A stretch of 63,231 nt of DNA, the filler included, from Chiloscyllium plagiosum (lineage: Eukaryota), in assembly GCF_004010195.1 (NCBI RefSeq). It is 4 parts of one record of this genome, joined end to end, with 100 filler letters (N's around TTAATTAATTAA, not from the genome) between each part and the next. Parts side by side here need not be neighbours in the genome. Positions count along the whole stretch, not along the records: positions 1 to 15,694 come from NC_057714.1; positions 15,795 to 30,900 come from NC_057714.1; 2 more parts are not named here. One strand, 5' to 3'. The notes under the pieces are model-generated. The model was not told where the DNA came from and did no database searches. It saw only the letters and a list, made by a program, of their open reading frames with translations. This document shows, in pieces, positions 12,960 to 25,897 of this stretch. The position numbers and the translations under genes were made by a program. Each line of letters begins with the position of its first letter. The first letter of the stretch is position 1.

Positions 12960-14235
12960 TTTTCAAATACATGCTGACTCTGCCTCACTGTCATCTCTCA
13001 CTATTGTTGAAGTTTTAGTCTGCTTATCTGCCATTGAATACTGTGAGAGCAGGAAATTCATTCAGTTAAAGATTGAAGCTTTGGTCCCTGTTCATAATTC
13101 CATTCCCAACCACTGATTCTATGCCTCACCTTGGTAACAGTCTGACATTAAGCCAATCTATAAGTAATTTTGGTGTCATACTTGATGCTAAGTTAGTCCT
13201 TCCAGCCACCTCTTCATGGCATCTTTAAGATGGTCTAGTTCCACTACCATATGCTCGGGTTCACCCAGTCTCAGCTCATGTGCTGCTGAAACCTTCGCCC
13301 ATGCCTTCATTATGTCTAAAATTGATTACTCCAACTTACTCCTGGCTGGCCTCCCACAATGTACCTTTCATAAATCTCTACTCTCTGTGTCATAACTCCG
13401 AACAAATCTCTCCAGCACCCCTTTTCTCGCTGACTTACAGTGGATTCCAGTCACAAGACCCTGAGATGTACAAGCAGAAGTACAGCATTCAGCCCATGGA
13501 ATCTGCTCTGTCATTCAATTATATCATGGCTGATCCAAAAATCCTCAGCTTCACCTACCTGCCTTTTCCCTGTAACCCTTGATTCCCTTACTAATTAAAA
13601 ATCTTCTCTCTCAGCCTTGAATATTCTTAACAACTCAGACTTGACAAAAATCAGACAATGTTGTATTTTTAAATTTTTCACCCTCATTTTCAAATTTCTC
13701 CATGCCTTCCCTTCTCCATATTTCTGCAGTTTCCTGCAAACCTTCAAACCGCCAAGATATTGGCACCTCCTTTAATTCTGGCCTTTTGGGCATTCCAAGT
13801 TTAATTGCTGTCAAGGCCTCTGTTATATAATGTATTTGCCACTCAAAGACTTAATCATCCAATATGATGATGTTATACAGAGTAGGGAGAATGGGAGAAT
13901 GGTTGTCATCTCAAAAGGAGTAAGACAACATTTAGATCTCCCTCATAGTCTTCTTAAAACTGTCTATCGTACCAATGTAACCTGGACCTGATTGCTATCA
14001 TGCAATAAACCACATCTTGTTGAAGTCAAGAACCTCTTCTTGTGAGACTATCACGGGGTTTTCCTCTCCCACATTCGACCAGTCAGGCTGTTTAGATCCT
14101 GATTGATAGCGGCTGCAAATCTGCCTGATGTATTTCTCACCAAGGTCACTGTAGTCAGGATCCATTGTCTAATAGCTCCCAGCTTTGGAATTCCCTTCTT
14201 ACACCTCTCTGCCTCGCTTTCCTACTTTAAGATAT
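12960..14235 (+). mobile_element. Old L2-type LINE 3' region with nested fragments
   Basis: About 13283-13357 reads AAETFAHAFIMSKIDYSNLLLAGLP, like the L2 ORF2 C-terminus. A CR1 tail (-) is nested at about 13460-13645. Confidence 0.6.
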
Positions 14236-15291
14236 TTGTTGATTCTGAAGGACAGGTGATGTTGGGTGTATTGGCTCGGGTCAATGTGAACAATTGAGGT
14301 GTCAGTTTCACAATTAGCCATGAGTTAGAGTAAGTTTTAATTCTTCTATCTGTTCCTGAATAACTTTAAAATAAGTTGGAGTTCTCTGAAGTCTCCAATT
14401 CTAATGTCAAGTTGGGGACCTTTTCCAAATGTTTCAGATGACAAGTTTAAATTTCCCAGCAATTGCCATGTAGTCAGTTGTGTCAGATGTTCTGAGAAGT
14501 CCCAACATGCACCTTCCAGTGGACATCTGGTTTCCAACTACCTGGAAACTGGAAGATTTGGAAGATCTGTTTCTCTCTCAGCAGATACTGCCAGAGCTGC
14601 TCGCATTTCCATTTTTATTTAATACCTACACCATCCTGAATCAAGGGATTTTTGGAAAAATAACACTAATGCATTCATTATCTCATCAGCAACCTCTTTT
14701 ATGGCCCTGAGATTAAATCCACTTAGACCCAGAAACTTGTCAGTCTGCAGCTCCATCCGTTTGCTCAGTACCACTTCCCTAACGATTGTAAATTTGTTAA
14801 GTTCTTCTCTCCTCTCCTGCTCCCAATTTACGGCTGCATTCTAGAAGGCTTTTTGTATTCTCTATGGTGAAAATAGATGCTAAACACTTGCTTATTTCAT
14901 CTACCATTTCCTTATTATCTCCTACTAACTCCCATTCTCACTCTCTATGCACATTTACTGACACTTTTCCTTTTTAAACATCTTAGAAACTCTTTTCATC
15001 GGTTTTACATCCTAGCCAACTTTCTCAAATATTCTAATTCCTCCCTTCTCATTAACCTTTCTGTAAATCTCAATTGTTCTTTATATTCTGACCAATCATC
15101 TGACCTGCCAGTCAGTTTGATGCAGTCACATGCTTCTCTTTAAGTTTGATGCATTCCTGAGCTTAAACTTGAGTTGACCACAGATGGTGGTTCGTCCTTT
15201 TCACATTTCTATTTATGGTAGGAATATACTTCTTATTAACATTCTGAAATATCCTCTTAAGTATCTGCCACTGCTTCTCTGTTGATCTATC

Positions 15292-16050
15292 TCCTTCCCA
15301 AGATCCACAAGCCTGACCACCCTGGCTGACCCATTGTCTCAGCATGCTCCTGCCCCACTGAACTCATCTCTACCTACCTCGACACTGTCCTATCCCCCCT
15401 AGTCCAGGAACTCCACACACACGTTCGAGACACCACCCACGCCCTCCACCTCCTCCAAGACTTCCGTTTCCCCGGCCCACAACGCCTCATCTTCACCATG
15501 GATATCCAATCCCTCTACACCTCCATACGCCATGACCAGGGCCTCCAAGCCCTCCGTTTTTTCCTGTCCCGACGTCCCCAACAGTACCCTTCCAAACACA
15601 CTCTCATTTGTTTGGTCAAACTGGTCCTCACCCATAACAATTTCTACTTCGAATCCTCCCACTTCCTCCAGACCAAAGAGGTAGCCATGGGCACNNNNNN
15701 NNNNNNNNNNNNNNNNNNNNNNNNNNNNNNNNNNNNNNTTAATTAATTAANNNNNNNNNNNNNNNNNNNNNNNNNNNNNNNNNNNNNNNNNNNNCCCCCC
15801 CTCCTCCCTGACCTATCACCTTCATCCCCTCCCCCAGTCACCTGTTGTACTCTATGCTACTTTCTCCCCACCCCACCCTCCTCTCATTTATCTCTCCACC
15901 CTTCAGTCTCTCTTCCTGTATTCCTGATGAAGGGCCTCTGCCTGAAATGTCGATTTTACTGCTCCTCGGATGCTGCCTGAACTGCTGTGCTCTTCCAGCA
16001 CCATTCTAATCAGGACTCTGGTTTCCAACATCTGCAGTCATTGTTTTTAC
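15292..16050 (+). mobile_element. Penelope-like element, RT fragment and 3' end (spans gap 1)
   Basis: LPKIHKPDHPG*PIVSACSCPTELIS...FTMDIQSLYTSI...QTKEVAMG. After the gap, a 3' tail with ctgatgaagggcctctgcctgaaatgtc. Confidence 0.9.
15695..15794. other. Assembly gap with artificial six-frame stop linker
   Basis: 44 N + TTAATTAATTAA + 44 N = 100 nt. Confidence 0.97.
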
Positions 16051-16255
16051 CTTTTAAATCTTTGTCCTTTCACTTTAAAATAGTGTTCTCTTGTTTTGAA
16101 CTCCCTTACGCTAGGGAAAAGACCTTTACTATTCACCTTATCCATGCCTCTCATGATTTTATAGAGCTCTATAAGGTCACCCTTCAACCTTCTACACTCC
16201 AGTGAAAAACATCCCGGCCTATCCAACCTCTCCTTATAACTCAAATGCTCCTGTA
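16051..16255 (-). mobile_element. CR1 LINE 3' fragment
   Basis: LSYKERLDRPGCFSLECRRLKGDLIELYKIMRGMD. Confidence 0.85.
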
Positions 16256-17443
16256 GAATACTAGAGTCAAGCATTGGAAGAGTCAAATCTACAGATGACA
16301 TCGGCATGAATGAGCTGAGCCAGAGACAAAGTTAGGGATGTAATAGGAGTGGAAACATTCATTCCTCATGGTAGATTTGATATCAATTTGGAAGCTCATC
16401 TCAAGATCAATTACAATTGTGTCCCAAATGTTTAGACTCAGTTGAAGGAACAGAATTGGGCCAGAACTTTATGACTCCCCCATCTATCTCCCCTGAGACG
16501 GGAGTGTCCAGAAAATTGGGTGCCATGGTAACAGTGCTGTTCCTGGCACTCGCCCAATATTCAATGTGAATGATAGATTAGACACACCCAGGGTCTCCTG
16601 CCGGGACCTCCTTATAAAGGAATCATCTTTTTCTCAATTGGAAGTCAGTGGGGGGGGAACTGTTGTATTTTCACTGGGTACTGGGCCATGTATTGCTTTT
16701 GTGGCTTGGAGGAAATGGTGTTTCAAATTTGTTTAGTTTTTGTTTTCATTTGCAGTCCCTGTTGAAATACTTAAAGGGGCTGCTTTAACATTTTTGGTTA
16801 CAATTCAACCCCATGCAATAGGCACTCCTGTGAAGAGGGACACTTTTCCAGCACCACTAATCCAGAATGACTTGATATAGTTAACCTTTCCTGTTCCAAA
16901 ATCTCTGCTCAGAGCATCGAGTTGTAATGTATGCTGTTGTGCGGTCTGAGTTACACAATAGGTATCTAGAGTCTTAGAGGTCTATAGCATGGAAACAGGC
17001 TCTTTGGCCCAACCTGTCCATGCTGCCTATGGTATTGCATGCTCAGTGAACTATCTTTCGAATTTGGGTGGGATCATAATAAGGTTGCTACTTGCCTGGG
17101 TCTAAAAACCTCTTTTATTAATGGCTTTGTGTAAGGTCTCAGGAGATGCGTGTTTTTACTCCTATTATTAATAAAATAATTCATTTTGGGCTGTCAACTG
17201 AGTCTCTCAAAATAGTTTTCACTTCTGCACATTAGCTGGTCCTTTGGACTTGTATTGTAATCAGTTCTGCGTTGTGAAAAAATGTTACTTGCATCATTCT
17301 GCCTCTTTCCATACTGACATAAACTTACTGCAATTCTTAATTAGCTCCATATGAAAGGGAGATCAGCGTTCTGATTGTACATCAGGCAATCCATGGTTGA
17401 ATTGCCATTGACTATTTAAGCTTTAAGTTGCCTGAGTAGTTAA

Positions 17444-17519
17444 CACATTTCCAGCAGCGCTTTTCCAGCAACACAGTTTCAGCTGTGATCTCCAGCATCT
17501 GCAGTCCTCACTTTCTCCT
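17444..17519 (+). mobile_element. Very short PLE tail insertion
   Basis: PLE terminal sequence flanked by ctgagtagttaa (17432-17443) and ctgaatagttaa (17520-17531). Confidence 0.7.
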
Positions 17520-17717
17520 CTGAATAGTTAATTTCCCAAGAGCTGCTCAACAGGTTGGTGCACTGGCAATGGTACGTTGGCTGACCAAAATCACACAATT
17601 CAAAGTGAACACCAACACCTGGTCAGAACACAGAAGTCTGTTCTCCTTTCCCACATTTGTGCCTTCTGGAGGAATAGGTCATCAATAGTATTAATGTTTT
17701 CAACCACTTCTCATCAG

Positions 17718-18749
17718 TGTGGGATTGTGTTCAAATAATGATCAAAATTGGTGAGTAGTGAAAATAGTCTTCTTTATTCAGCAACCACAAGTTGTACAAG
17801 TTTGAGGTGGCAGTAGAATTCTAAAATACAGTTCTTACACTAGCCTCTTTATACACAATTCTTAAATAAATTAAAATTCTATTACTGTGATCTTACATTG
17901 TTTTATCTATAGTACACAAAGGGTTTGAGGGGCATCTGTCCTGGGATTCAAGAGATGGGTGAAAACATGTGCTAAATGCTGGCTGCTACTCCTGAAAAGA
18001 TTAGGAGTGTCTATATGGTCTGCTTGCTTAATTAAGATGCATTAGTCCTATTGTCTTTTAAGTTAGTAAATGATAGTTAAAAAAAATAGGCCTGTTTTTA
18101 GTTAAAAAGATGTTAGTTAAATAAACTAGGCCTAAAAAATTAAGTTAGAAATTGTACCTGTACTTGATAAACGAATAAAGAATATTAAACTGATTATCGC
18201 AGTTGAGCTGTGAGATTTGTTTACTATTTGCTGGTATGAATTTTATTCATTCATACAATTTCACAAAAGTATTGTTTTGACAGTTTCTTAAAATGGTAAC
18301 AGCCCAGTTAAAAGGTATTTGACAAGTACATGCTAATTGGGGAAAATGTTTGGTGTTCTGTAATCTATTCAGGTCTGAGAGATAGTTAGTAAGGCCTAAT
18401 TAATATTATAATTTTTTGTGGAGATATGATGGTAGAGCTGGTATTGCCCTGAATATGCTACACTTATTCAGAGGTAAATAAACCTAAACACTGTTTGTAG
18501 CAAATGCTGATAAGAATTGAAGATGTGAAAAAGCAGTAATGGTTGGACAAGTTGTTTTAATTTGGTCTATCTTATGATAACAAAATATACTACAGAATCA
18601 CAGTTTTATGAATGAATGAATGAAACCATGTTATTGTAAATAATGCGTTAGCAATGGGTTGTGAATGAATGAACAGCAACCCAGTAATAATGAATATAGC
18701 AAGCTGGTGAGTGAATTAATGAAGATAACCTAATACACAATATCTCACA
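17718..18749 (-). mobile_element. Solo LTR (about 1.03 kb, AT-rich)
   Basis: Termini TGTGGGAT...ATCTCACA with a perfect 4-bp TSD TCAG (17714-17717, 18750-18753). Minus-strand TATA (about 17850) lies upstream of AATAAA (about 17775). Confidence 0.75.
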
Positions 18750-18847
18750 TCAGCTGTACAAAAGCAAAGCAATAAGCCCCAAACTTGCCATGCATTAATC
18801 CCGTCTCCCATCCAATTTAGATTTGGTGTGACACAGTAACCTTAAGT

Positions 18848-19118
18848 TTAGATTAGATTACTTACAGTGTGGAAACAGGCCCTTCGGCCCAACAAATCCA
18901 CACCGACCCGCCGAAGAGCAACCCACCCAGACCCATTCCCCTACATTTACCTCTTCACCTAACACTATGGGCAATTTAGCATGGCCAATTCACCTAACCT
19001 GCACATCTTTGGACTGTGGGAGGAAACCGGAGCACCCAGAGGAAACCCACACAGACACGGGGAGAATGTGCAAACTCCACACAGTCAGTTACCCCAGCCG
19101 GGAATTGAACCCAGGTCT
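18848..19118 (-). mobile_element. HE1-like SINE, 5'-truncated
   Basis: ttagattagattacttacagtgtggaaacaggcccttcggccc...gggagaatgtgcaaactccacac. Confidence 0.9.
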
Positions 19119-19249
19119 GCAAGTTGTAAGTGCTTACTGGTCTGCTAGGTTCTAGGCTGCCCTTTGGATAGTGTGCAGATTCTCTAAAAGTAGTTTTGTG
19201 TCAATGGAGAGCTGGTAACAACACACTCTAAAACTCCAGCAGTCTATAG

Positions 19250-19693
19250 GACATCTGAACATATAAGGAGAAGCTAGATAATTTGGATCATTTTTTCCCT
19301 GGAGCTTAGGAGGATAAGTGGTGACATTATAGAAGTACAGAAGATCATAAGGGACATAGGTGAAATAAATAGCCAAGGTCTTTTCCCCAGGATAGGCAAA
19401 TCCAAAACTAGAGAGCATTGGTTTAAGGTGAAAGGGGAAAAATTTAAAAGGGACCTGAGGGGCAACTTTTTCACACAGGGAGTGGTGCGTATATGGAATG
19501 AGCTGCCAGAGGAAGTAGTAGAGGTGGGTACAGTTGCAACATTTAAAAGACATTTGGACAGGTACATGGATAGAAAGGGTTTAGAGGGATATGGATCAAA
19601 TGCAGACAAAGGGAACTAGCTCCGTTTAGGAAACTTAGTTGGTGTGGATGAGTTGGGCTGAAGGGTCTGTTTCTATGTTGTATGACTCTGTGA
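19250..19693 (+). mobile_element. CR1/HER1 LINE 3' end
   Basis: KGEKFKRDLRGNFFTQGVVRIWNELPEEVVE...FKRHLDRYM plus tail. Confidence 0.9.
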
Positions 19694-20834
19694 CCCAACC
19701 TTCAGAAACCTCTCCACCACCAGACAGCAACATTTATATCAAGTCTCTGATTGATGCTAAAGTCACGGAGTTTGATTCCTATTTTCTTTCTTTTTAGAAT
19801 CCCAGGGGTGTGTGAGTTTGCTTGGGAATGCTATTTGAATGAAAACAGGAATTAGGAGAGAATGATGTTGGGAAGTCATCAGTTTGTCTCGGAACATTCG
19901 GGCCATTTTAGATGGGTGATTTCAGTGGGAAGTTATTCTCCTGGGGAAGGCCAGCCTAATATGTAACTCCGTTGAGAGGCCATGATATGTCACTCTCCAA
20001 ACTATTCGCTCTTGCTCCCCTTCCATTACAGTACAGGATGATACTAGCTGTTTGATGTGGTCGGAAATATGGCAGTGATTTTATTTTTAGCCTTACTGAG
20101 ACTGACTCTATACCAGCTAACTATTGTGCAAATCTCTATAAGAATTCAAAAAAATAAAATCACTCTGTCGAAATCTGTTATGCTGATAGCTGGTGACTTC
20201 CAAGTTGCAGTGTGCCTAAATGTATAGGTGTAAATCTGCAATTATGACGTATAATCTAAAATTAATATTGTGAATCCAAGCAATTCATGTGAACTCGTCT
20301 TTTGCACGTGTTGACAAGCGATAGAACAGACGGAGTGCCAATCAGGACACTTGTGTTACTGCATTTCAGCTTTAGTCTAATCACTTATAGCAAGTTTTGT
20401 TAGGGAGAAAAAGAGGCAATTCTGCTCCCACACTGATTTCTTCCAAGAATATTAGCACCATGGTAGCTGATTCTCTGACTCAGTCTAGCTACATTATAGA
20501 GTCACCTCTTTGTAACATAAAGTGAGTATACATTTTCTGTTTGAACTGCACTTGGCTATAAACAGAGACAGGAGAACAGCAATGAAATAGATCATAGCAC
20601 ATGCGACCCCTTGATGCTGCTTCACCATTCAGTATGAGCATGGCTGATCATCTGCCTCAACTCCACCTTCCTGCCTGCTCCCCTAATCCCTTGATACACT
20701 TTCTGACCTGAGACACTCTTGCCCAAGGCAAGTAGTACACTCACATCGTCATGGTTTCGTTTTCTATATACACACTGACATGTTTCATTGTCTCTCCATT
20801 TTGATAATGAACATTGAAAGCAAGTTCTGGAAAG

Positions 20835-20924
20835 TTAAAATCACACAACACCAGGTTATAGTCCAACAGGTTTAATTGGAAGCACACGAGCTTTCGGAGC
20901 GACGCTCCTTCATCAGGTGATAGT
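20835..20924 (-). mobile_element. About 90-bp PLE tail insertion, essentially hammerhead plus 3' tail
   Basis: TSD caagttctg(g/a)aaag at 20821-20834 and 20925-20938. Same subfamily as 1216-2029. Confidence 0.8.
20885..20919 (-). ncRNA. Minimal type I hammerhead ribozyme motif
   Basis: Minus strand: cac-CUGAUGA-a-ggagc-guc-gcucc-GAAA-gc-UC-gug. Intact core, paired stem I and stem II, palindromic AGCU stem III. Confidence 0.75.
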
Positions 20925-21629
20925 CAAGTTCTGAAAAGTCTGTGATGACTCATTGTGCCTATTGCAAGGTATACTCCCTGTCAATGGCACTTGTCATTAC
21001 CTAGAGAGTGCTGTGCCTTCATACATTAAGCACCACACAACCGTTTGAAAATGCATGACAATGGTGTGCTCCATTATTTATGTAATTTTATCATTACTGG
21101 CAGTATAATTTAATAAAAATATAGATCTGGACTACATTTCTTAAAGGTTTGTGAAAAAAATAGATATTTTCTGACTTTTTTCAGGATATCAGAAGTGAAT
21201 AATGCTTTTGTTTCAGTTTCTGACCACACTTTATGGCATTTGCAGCATTTCAAAGGCTCTTTGCCGTCTTGTAAAGATTCAATTCATATTAGCCTATACT
21301 TCCATTGGTCCTCTTCTCTCTCCTCTCGGTTCAGATTCCCTGCTGGGATATGGAGACTAGCACTAACTGCAGCTGCAGGGTGATCAACTTGTTGCAACAT
21401 GTGTTATCACATTTGTAGTGATGTCCCTTTCAGAGATCAAAATTCAAATAGATCAAATATCCAGATATTCTCACATGATCAGAAACCAAAGATCCTCTAT
21501 TTTGCAACATGCATCTGGAGATTACACTATTGCATCAATTAGCTTAGCTGTAAATAAGAAAGGTCTTCAAGTAAAATAAAATCCACATTCTTCATTTCTG
21601 TTGCATTTTGATAGCACGTGAAAATATAA

Positions 21630-21760
21630 TTGGAAAACACACTCTCTGGTGCGCTCAAAACTTGCTGGTCTTCAAATGCAAAAAGGTTGTCTTTAACTGG
21701 GTATTGCAGACTAGCCCGTTCCAAGATCCAGAACTACTTGCTGAGAGATGCAATAAAACT
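21630..21760 (+). mobile_element. Tx1/L1-clade LINE ORF2 C-terminal remnant
   Basis: TLWCAQNLLVFKCKK...CRLARSKIQNYLLRDAIK resembles the Tx1 ORF2 end as recalled (ALWSARNLLVFQ...CRLAHSKVQDYVLRDA). Confidence 0.6.
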
Positions 21761-22470
21761 CAGGAAATTCAGGATGTGAAAGCTGCTGTTTAGCCTCAGC
21801 ACATTGAGGGTTGGAAACTGTAAAAGCCCTTAGGCTGTGTTACTTCCAATTAATGTATATTGGAAACATAATGAGGCTTGAAATTGAGTGAAGACCCCTC
21901 AAAGTGAACATGGTGCAGGGCGAAATGTTTTATTTCTGATGCATATTCACGAATTTCCAATTTGAACAGTTTTGCCCTTAGACTGTATATATGACATAAT
22001 TGTATTCAATATCATGACATTGGACCGGAATCCTGAAACACTTACAAAAATATTGAACTCTTGGACAAGATGTGTTATTTTAAACAAAGACTGCAAACTG
22101 ATAATGTCTGTTCCAAGAATGGAATTCACTGACAGCGAAAATATTCCCTGTGTGAACCCTGGAATGTCATACCTTGTAGGTTGTCAAGGAAGCTCCAAAG
22201 AGCCGGTCTTCAGAGGGCAGTGGTGCAAGGCAATGCAATTACCTTCTCTCAACAGGAAACATTTCTCATGGATTATATTCCAGATGCTCGGAATGAGTTG
22301 GAAGGCTTGTTTATGTTTTACCCTTCTACAAATGTACAAAGCTTAAAACCAACTGCTTTTGCTGCTCTGTGTATGTCAGTGGGTTGATTATTAGTGCATT
22401 CTGTAAAGATCACAGCTTGATGACAGCTATTATATACTTCCAGCACTACAGGTATGAAGAAACAGGAATA

Positions 22471-22773
22471 TACAATCCCCAGAGTGTGGAAACAGACCAT
22501 TCAGTCCACACTGACCCTCCATATAGCATCCCACCTGACCCCCACACCCTGCATTTCCCATGGCTAATCCACCTAGCCTGCACATCCTTGAACACATTGG
22601 GCAATTTAGAATGGTTAATCTGCCTAATCTGCACATTTTTGGACTGTGGGAAGAAACCCACACAGATGCAGGGAGAATGTGCAAACTCCCCACAATCACC
22701 TGGGGGTGGAATCAAACCCGAGTCCCTGGCACGGTGAGGCAGCAGTGCTAATCACTGAGCCACCAGGCCACCC
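22471..22773 (-). mobile_element. HE1-like SINE
   Basis: Full-length reverse copy ending gtgaggcagcagtgctaatcactgagccaccaggccaccc. Confidence 0.9.
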
Positions 22774-23129
22774 TTGCTCTGATTGTTGAAAGTCAATCAG
22801 CAAGGTAAGCAAACAGGCCGAAAGAATTTTAGCTAACCTTCAAAATCAAGAATCTCAAAATTGACTGTGCAGCTACCTACACAAACATTATCTGTATCAC
22901 CAAACATAACAGCTACAGCTTTTCACTATCTACTCTTCATCAATGATCTAGAGACTGACCCATGTAGCCTTTAATCATTACCTTTCTCTTAGCTCACTGT
23001 TAAAACATAAAGTCATTTAGCCTGGGAGCATGAGGATAGGAATTGTTTTTAATTAGCCTTGTTGCAACTAGTCAAGGGGGCAAGTAAATAAAAGAAGGGA
23101 TCCAGTTCATTCCTCTTCATCCAGGAGCA

Positions 23130-23665
23130 TTTGGAATATAATGCACAATTTGGGGTCCCATATCTCAGTAAGGATGTACTGGCGCTGGAGTGTGTTCAGA
23201 GGAGGTTCATGAGAATAGTCACAGGAATGAAAAGCTTAATATAAGAGGAAAGTTTGAGGACTCTGACTTTACACTTGTCGGAGTTTAGAAGGATGAGGGG
23301 GGATCTAATTGAAACATACGGAGTACTGAATGGCATGGACAAAGCAGATGTTTCCATTGGTAGGAAGGACTAGGACCTGAGGGCACAGCCTTAGATTAAA
23401 GGGAAGACCTTTTAGGATGGAGATAAGGAGAAACTTCTTCAGCCAGAGAGTGGTGAATCTATGGAATTCATTGCCACAGAAGGCTGTGGAGGCCAGGTCA
23501 TTGAGTATATTTAAGACTGAGATAGATAGGTTCTTGACTATCAAGGGGATCAGGAGTTACAGGGAGAAAGCGAGAGAATGGGGTTGTGAAAATTATCAGC
23601 CATGATTGAATGGCGGAGCAGACCCAATGGGCTAAATGGCCTAATTTCTGCTCCTATGTCTTATG
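23130..23665 (+). mobile_element. CR1 LINE 3' end
   Basis: EIRRNFFSQRVVNLWNSLPQKAVEARSLSIFKTEID plus tail ctcctatgtcttatgg. Confidence 0.9.
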
Positions 23666-23879
23666 GTCATAACCATTTGGGGTATGCCATCTGGAACCAT
23701 AAGAGACTGGGGGCACTTGCCCAGGGACTGGTCATGGCAAGGGACACCTATGGAGACAGGTTGAATTTTATTGCTAATTCTGTAATATTCAAGTAAACAT
23801 CTTATGAATAATGCATATTTTTGGGAAAAAATAAGTTCTACAAAACTCAGTTCCCACTGACAGTGTATTTGTTAATTTG

Positions 23880-24422
23880 TTGCAAACAACTTTGGTCTCC
23901 TTACCTGAGGAGAGATGTAGTTATATTGGTTCAGAGGATGTTCACTCAATTGATTCCAGAGATGAATGGTTTCTCTCATGAAGAGAGATTGAACAGTTTA
24001 GTTTTATACTCTCTAGAGTTTATAAGAATGCGAGGAGGTCTAATTGAAGTATCAAGATGCAAAAGGGGATTGACAAAGTAGACATGGAGAGGATGTTTCC
24101 TCATTAGGGGCAATCTAGAATATTAGATTACAGTTTTAGAATAAGGGGTAGCAGATTTCAAACAGAGATGAAGAGAAATTACTTCTCTCAAAGAATTAGG
24201 CATCTGTGGAATTCACTACCCCAGAGTGTGGTGGGTGCAGATGCATTGAGTAAGTTTAAGGAGGAGATAGACAGATTTTTAAATAGTAATGGGTTAAAGG
24301 TTATGGAAAGTGTGCAGGAAAGCAGATTGGAGGCCGAGATGTGATCAACCATGATCGTATTAAATGGCAGAGTAGGCTCGAGGGCTGAATTGCTTACTCC
24401 TGCTCCTAGTTCTTATGTCCTT
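23880..24422 (+). mobile_element. CR1 LINE 3' end
   Basis: QLWSPYLRRDV...YSLEFIRMRGGLIEV plus tail. Confidence 0.85.
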
Positions 24423-24834
24423 AATTGAGTCATTAAAGCAACAAAATTTGATCAAAAATAACATTCCCATGAGCAGTGGATTTGGCCCCACAGAAATGGA
24501 GGGATTTGAGACATGTGTTACTGTTCCAACATTATAATTTCACTAGCTTCAAAACGTTGGGAAAAAAGGCATGTGGTACTAATGGAAAAACGGACTATGT
24601 TTACAAGTTTACTGAGGTCCTTTTTAAATCCAACAGATGAAATAGAAACATCTGACAACACAGTGCCAGAATATTGTATGTACAGTACACTGTTTTGGTA
24701 AATTTATGATTGGAAGGTCAAGGGCATTGATAAACCTCTGCCAGATTAACAGCTGAAAAAGAATTGGAATAAGAAACTATGACCAATAGTTTTTAACCAC
24801 TTTGTCCAAAAATTTCATTACATTTTTACTAAAG

Positions 24835-25330
24835 TAATTATTGCCAAAAAAAAACTGTTTTGCCAAAGCTGTTGTTTATTTTCTGTCACTTATTGGTTCA
24901 TTTTTCAGGGTAATGCCCTGATCGATTAGTCAATCTGCCTGGCTTAAAATTCAAACAAAACATAGCAGTTAACTGTCAATCATCATCAATTAGTTCATTC
25001 TGCAGAGCAACACCTCTTCCAATCAAACTCCATTTGCTAACCAATCAGTACTCTCTTCTCATACAATTGGTTTTCCCTTTGCATTGGGATTTTTAAAAAT
25101 CCTCCTGATGAGTGCAAAACAAAAAACTTTAATAACATGTCTCTTTTTACAGCAATATTCAAGTTTTGTGTTCTCAAACAACATTTTAAAAATAAAAACA
25201 AAAGAATTGTGGATGCTGTAAATCAGAAACAAAAACAGAAATTGCTGGAAAAGCTCAGCAGGTCTGGCAGCAACCGTGGAGAGAAATCAGAGTCAACGTT
25301 TTGGATCAAGTGATCCTTCCTCAGGACTAA
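24835..25330. mobile_element. Two old PLE 3' ends: about 24835-25160 (+) and 25190-25330 (-)
   Basis: Degenerate cctgatgagtgc core at about 25104. Reverse core gtc-CTGAGGA-aggatca-ct-tgatcc-AAAA-cgtt-gac at 25292-25327. Confidence 0.6.
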
Positions 25331-25570
25331 CAATGGGGTAAATCTAATTTCATTTTAGAGTGGGCTTCTGAGGTTGTAAGTTCTTATCTCTGGGTTAAGG
25401 ACGTAGAAAAACAGTTTGGATTTCCCATTCTTATAGTTATCTAAAAATCCTGTTTGTATTGCATGCTGTAGTGTAGTGCTTGTTTGTAGAACATGCAGTT
25501 GCTGGCCAGTAGAAGATGGCTTAGCTATAACATTCCTGCAGGTGAATAACTAGTTAATACTTGCTATCAC

Positions 25571-25897
25571 GGGGCGGCACGGTGGCTCAGTGGTTAGCAC
25601 TGCTGCCTCACAGTGCCAGGACCCGCATTCAATTCCTGCCTCAGGCAACTGATTGTGTGGAGTTTGCACATTCTCCCTGTGTCTGCGTGGGTTTCCTCCG
25701 GGTGCTCCGGTTTCCTCCCATGGTCCAAAGATGTGCAGATCAGGTGAATTGGCCATGCTAAATTGCCCATATTGTTAGGTGCATAGTCAGGGGTGAATGT
25801 AAGGGAATGGGTCTGTGTGGGTTGCTCTTCGGAGGGTTGGTGTGGACTTGTTGGGCCAAAGGGCCTGTTTCCACACTGTAGGGAATTTAGGAATCTA
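25571..25897 (+). mobile_element. HE1-like SINE, full length
   Basis: ggggcggcacggtggctcagtggttagcactgctgcctcacag (tRNA head, A box), V-domain and HER1-like tail. Confidence 0.93.

Noticed and set aside
13821..14073. Possible small solo LTR (tgtt...caca, aataaa at about 14004)
   Set aside because: No matching TSD and weak terminal repeat.
15739..15750. TTAATTAATTAA palindrome as a regulatory site
   Set aside because: It is an artificial linker centred in N runs, identical at all three gaps.
21539..22387. Cluster of short ORFs suggesting a host gene
   Set aside because: Partly explained by a Tx1 remnant on the + strand; no coherent splice or domain pattern.
25571..25640. tRNA gene
   Set aside because: It is the tRNA-derived head of an HE1-like SINE and continues into the V-domain and LINE tail; there are many copies.
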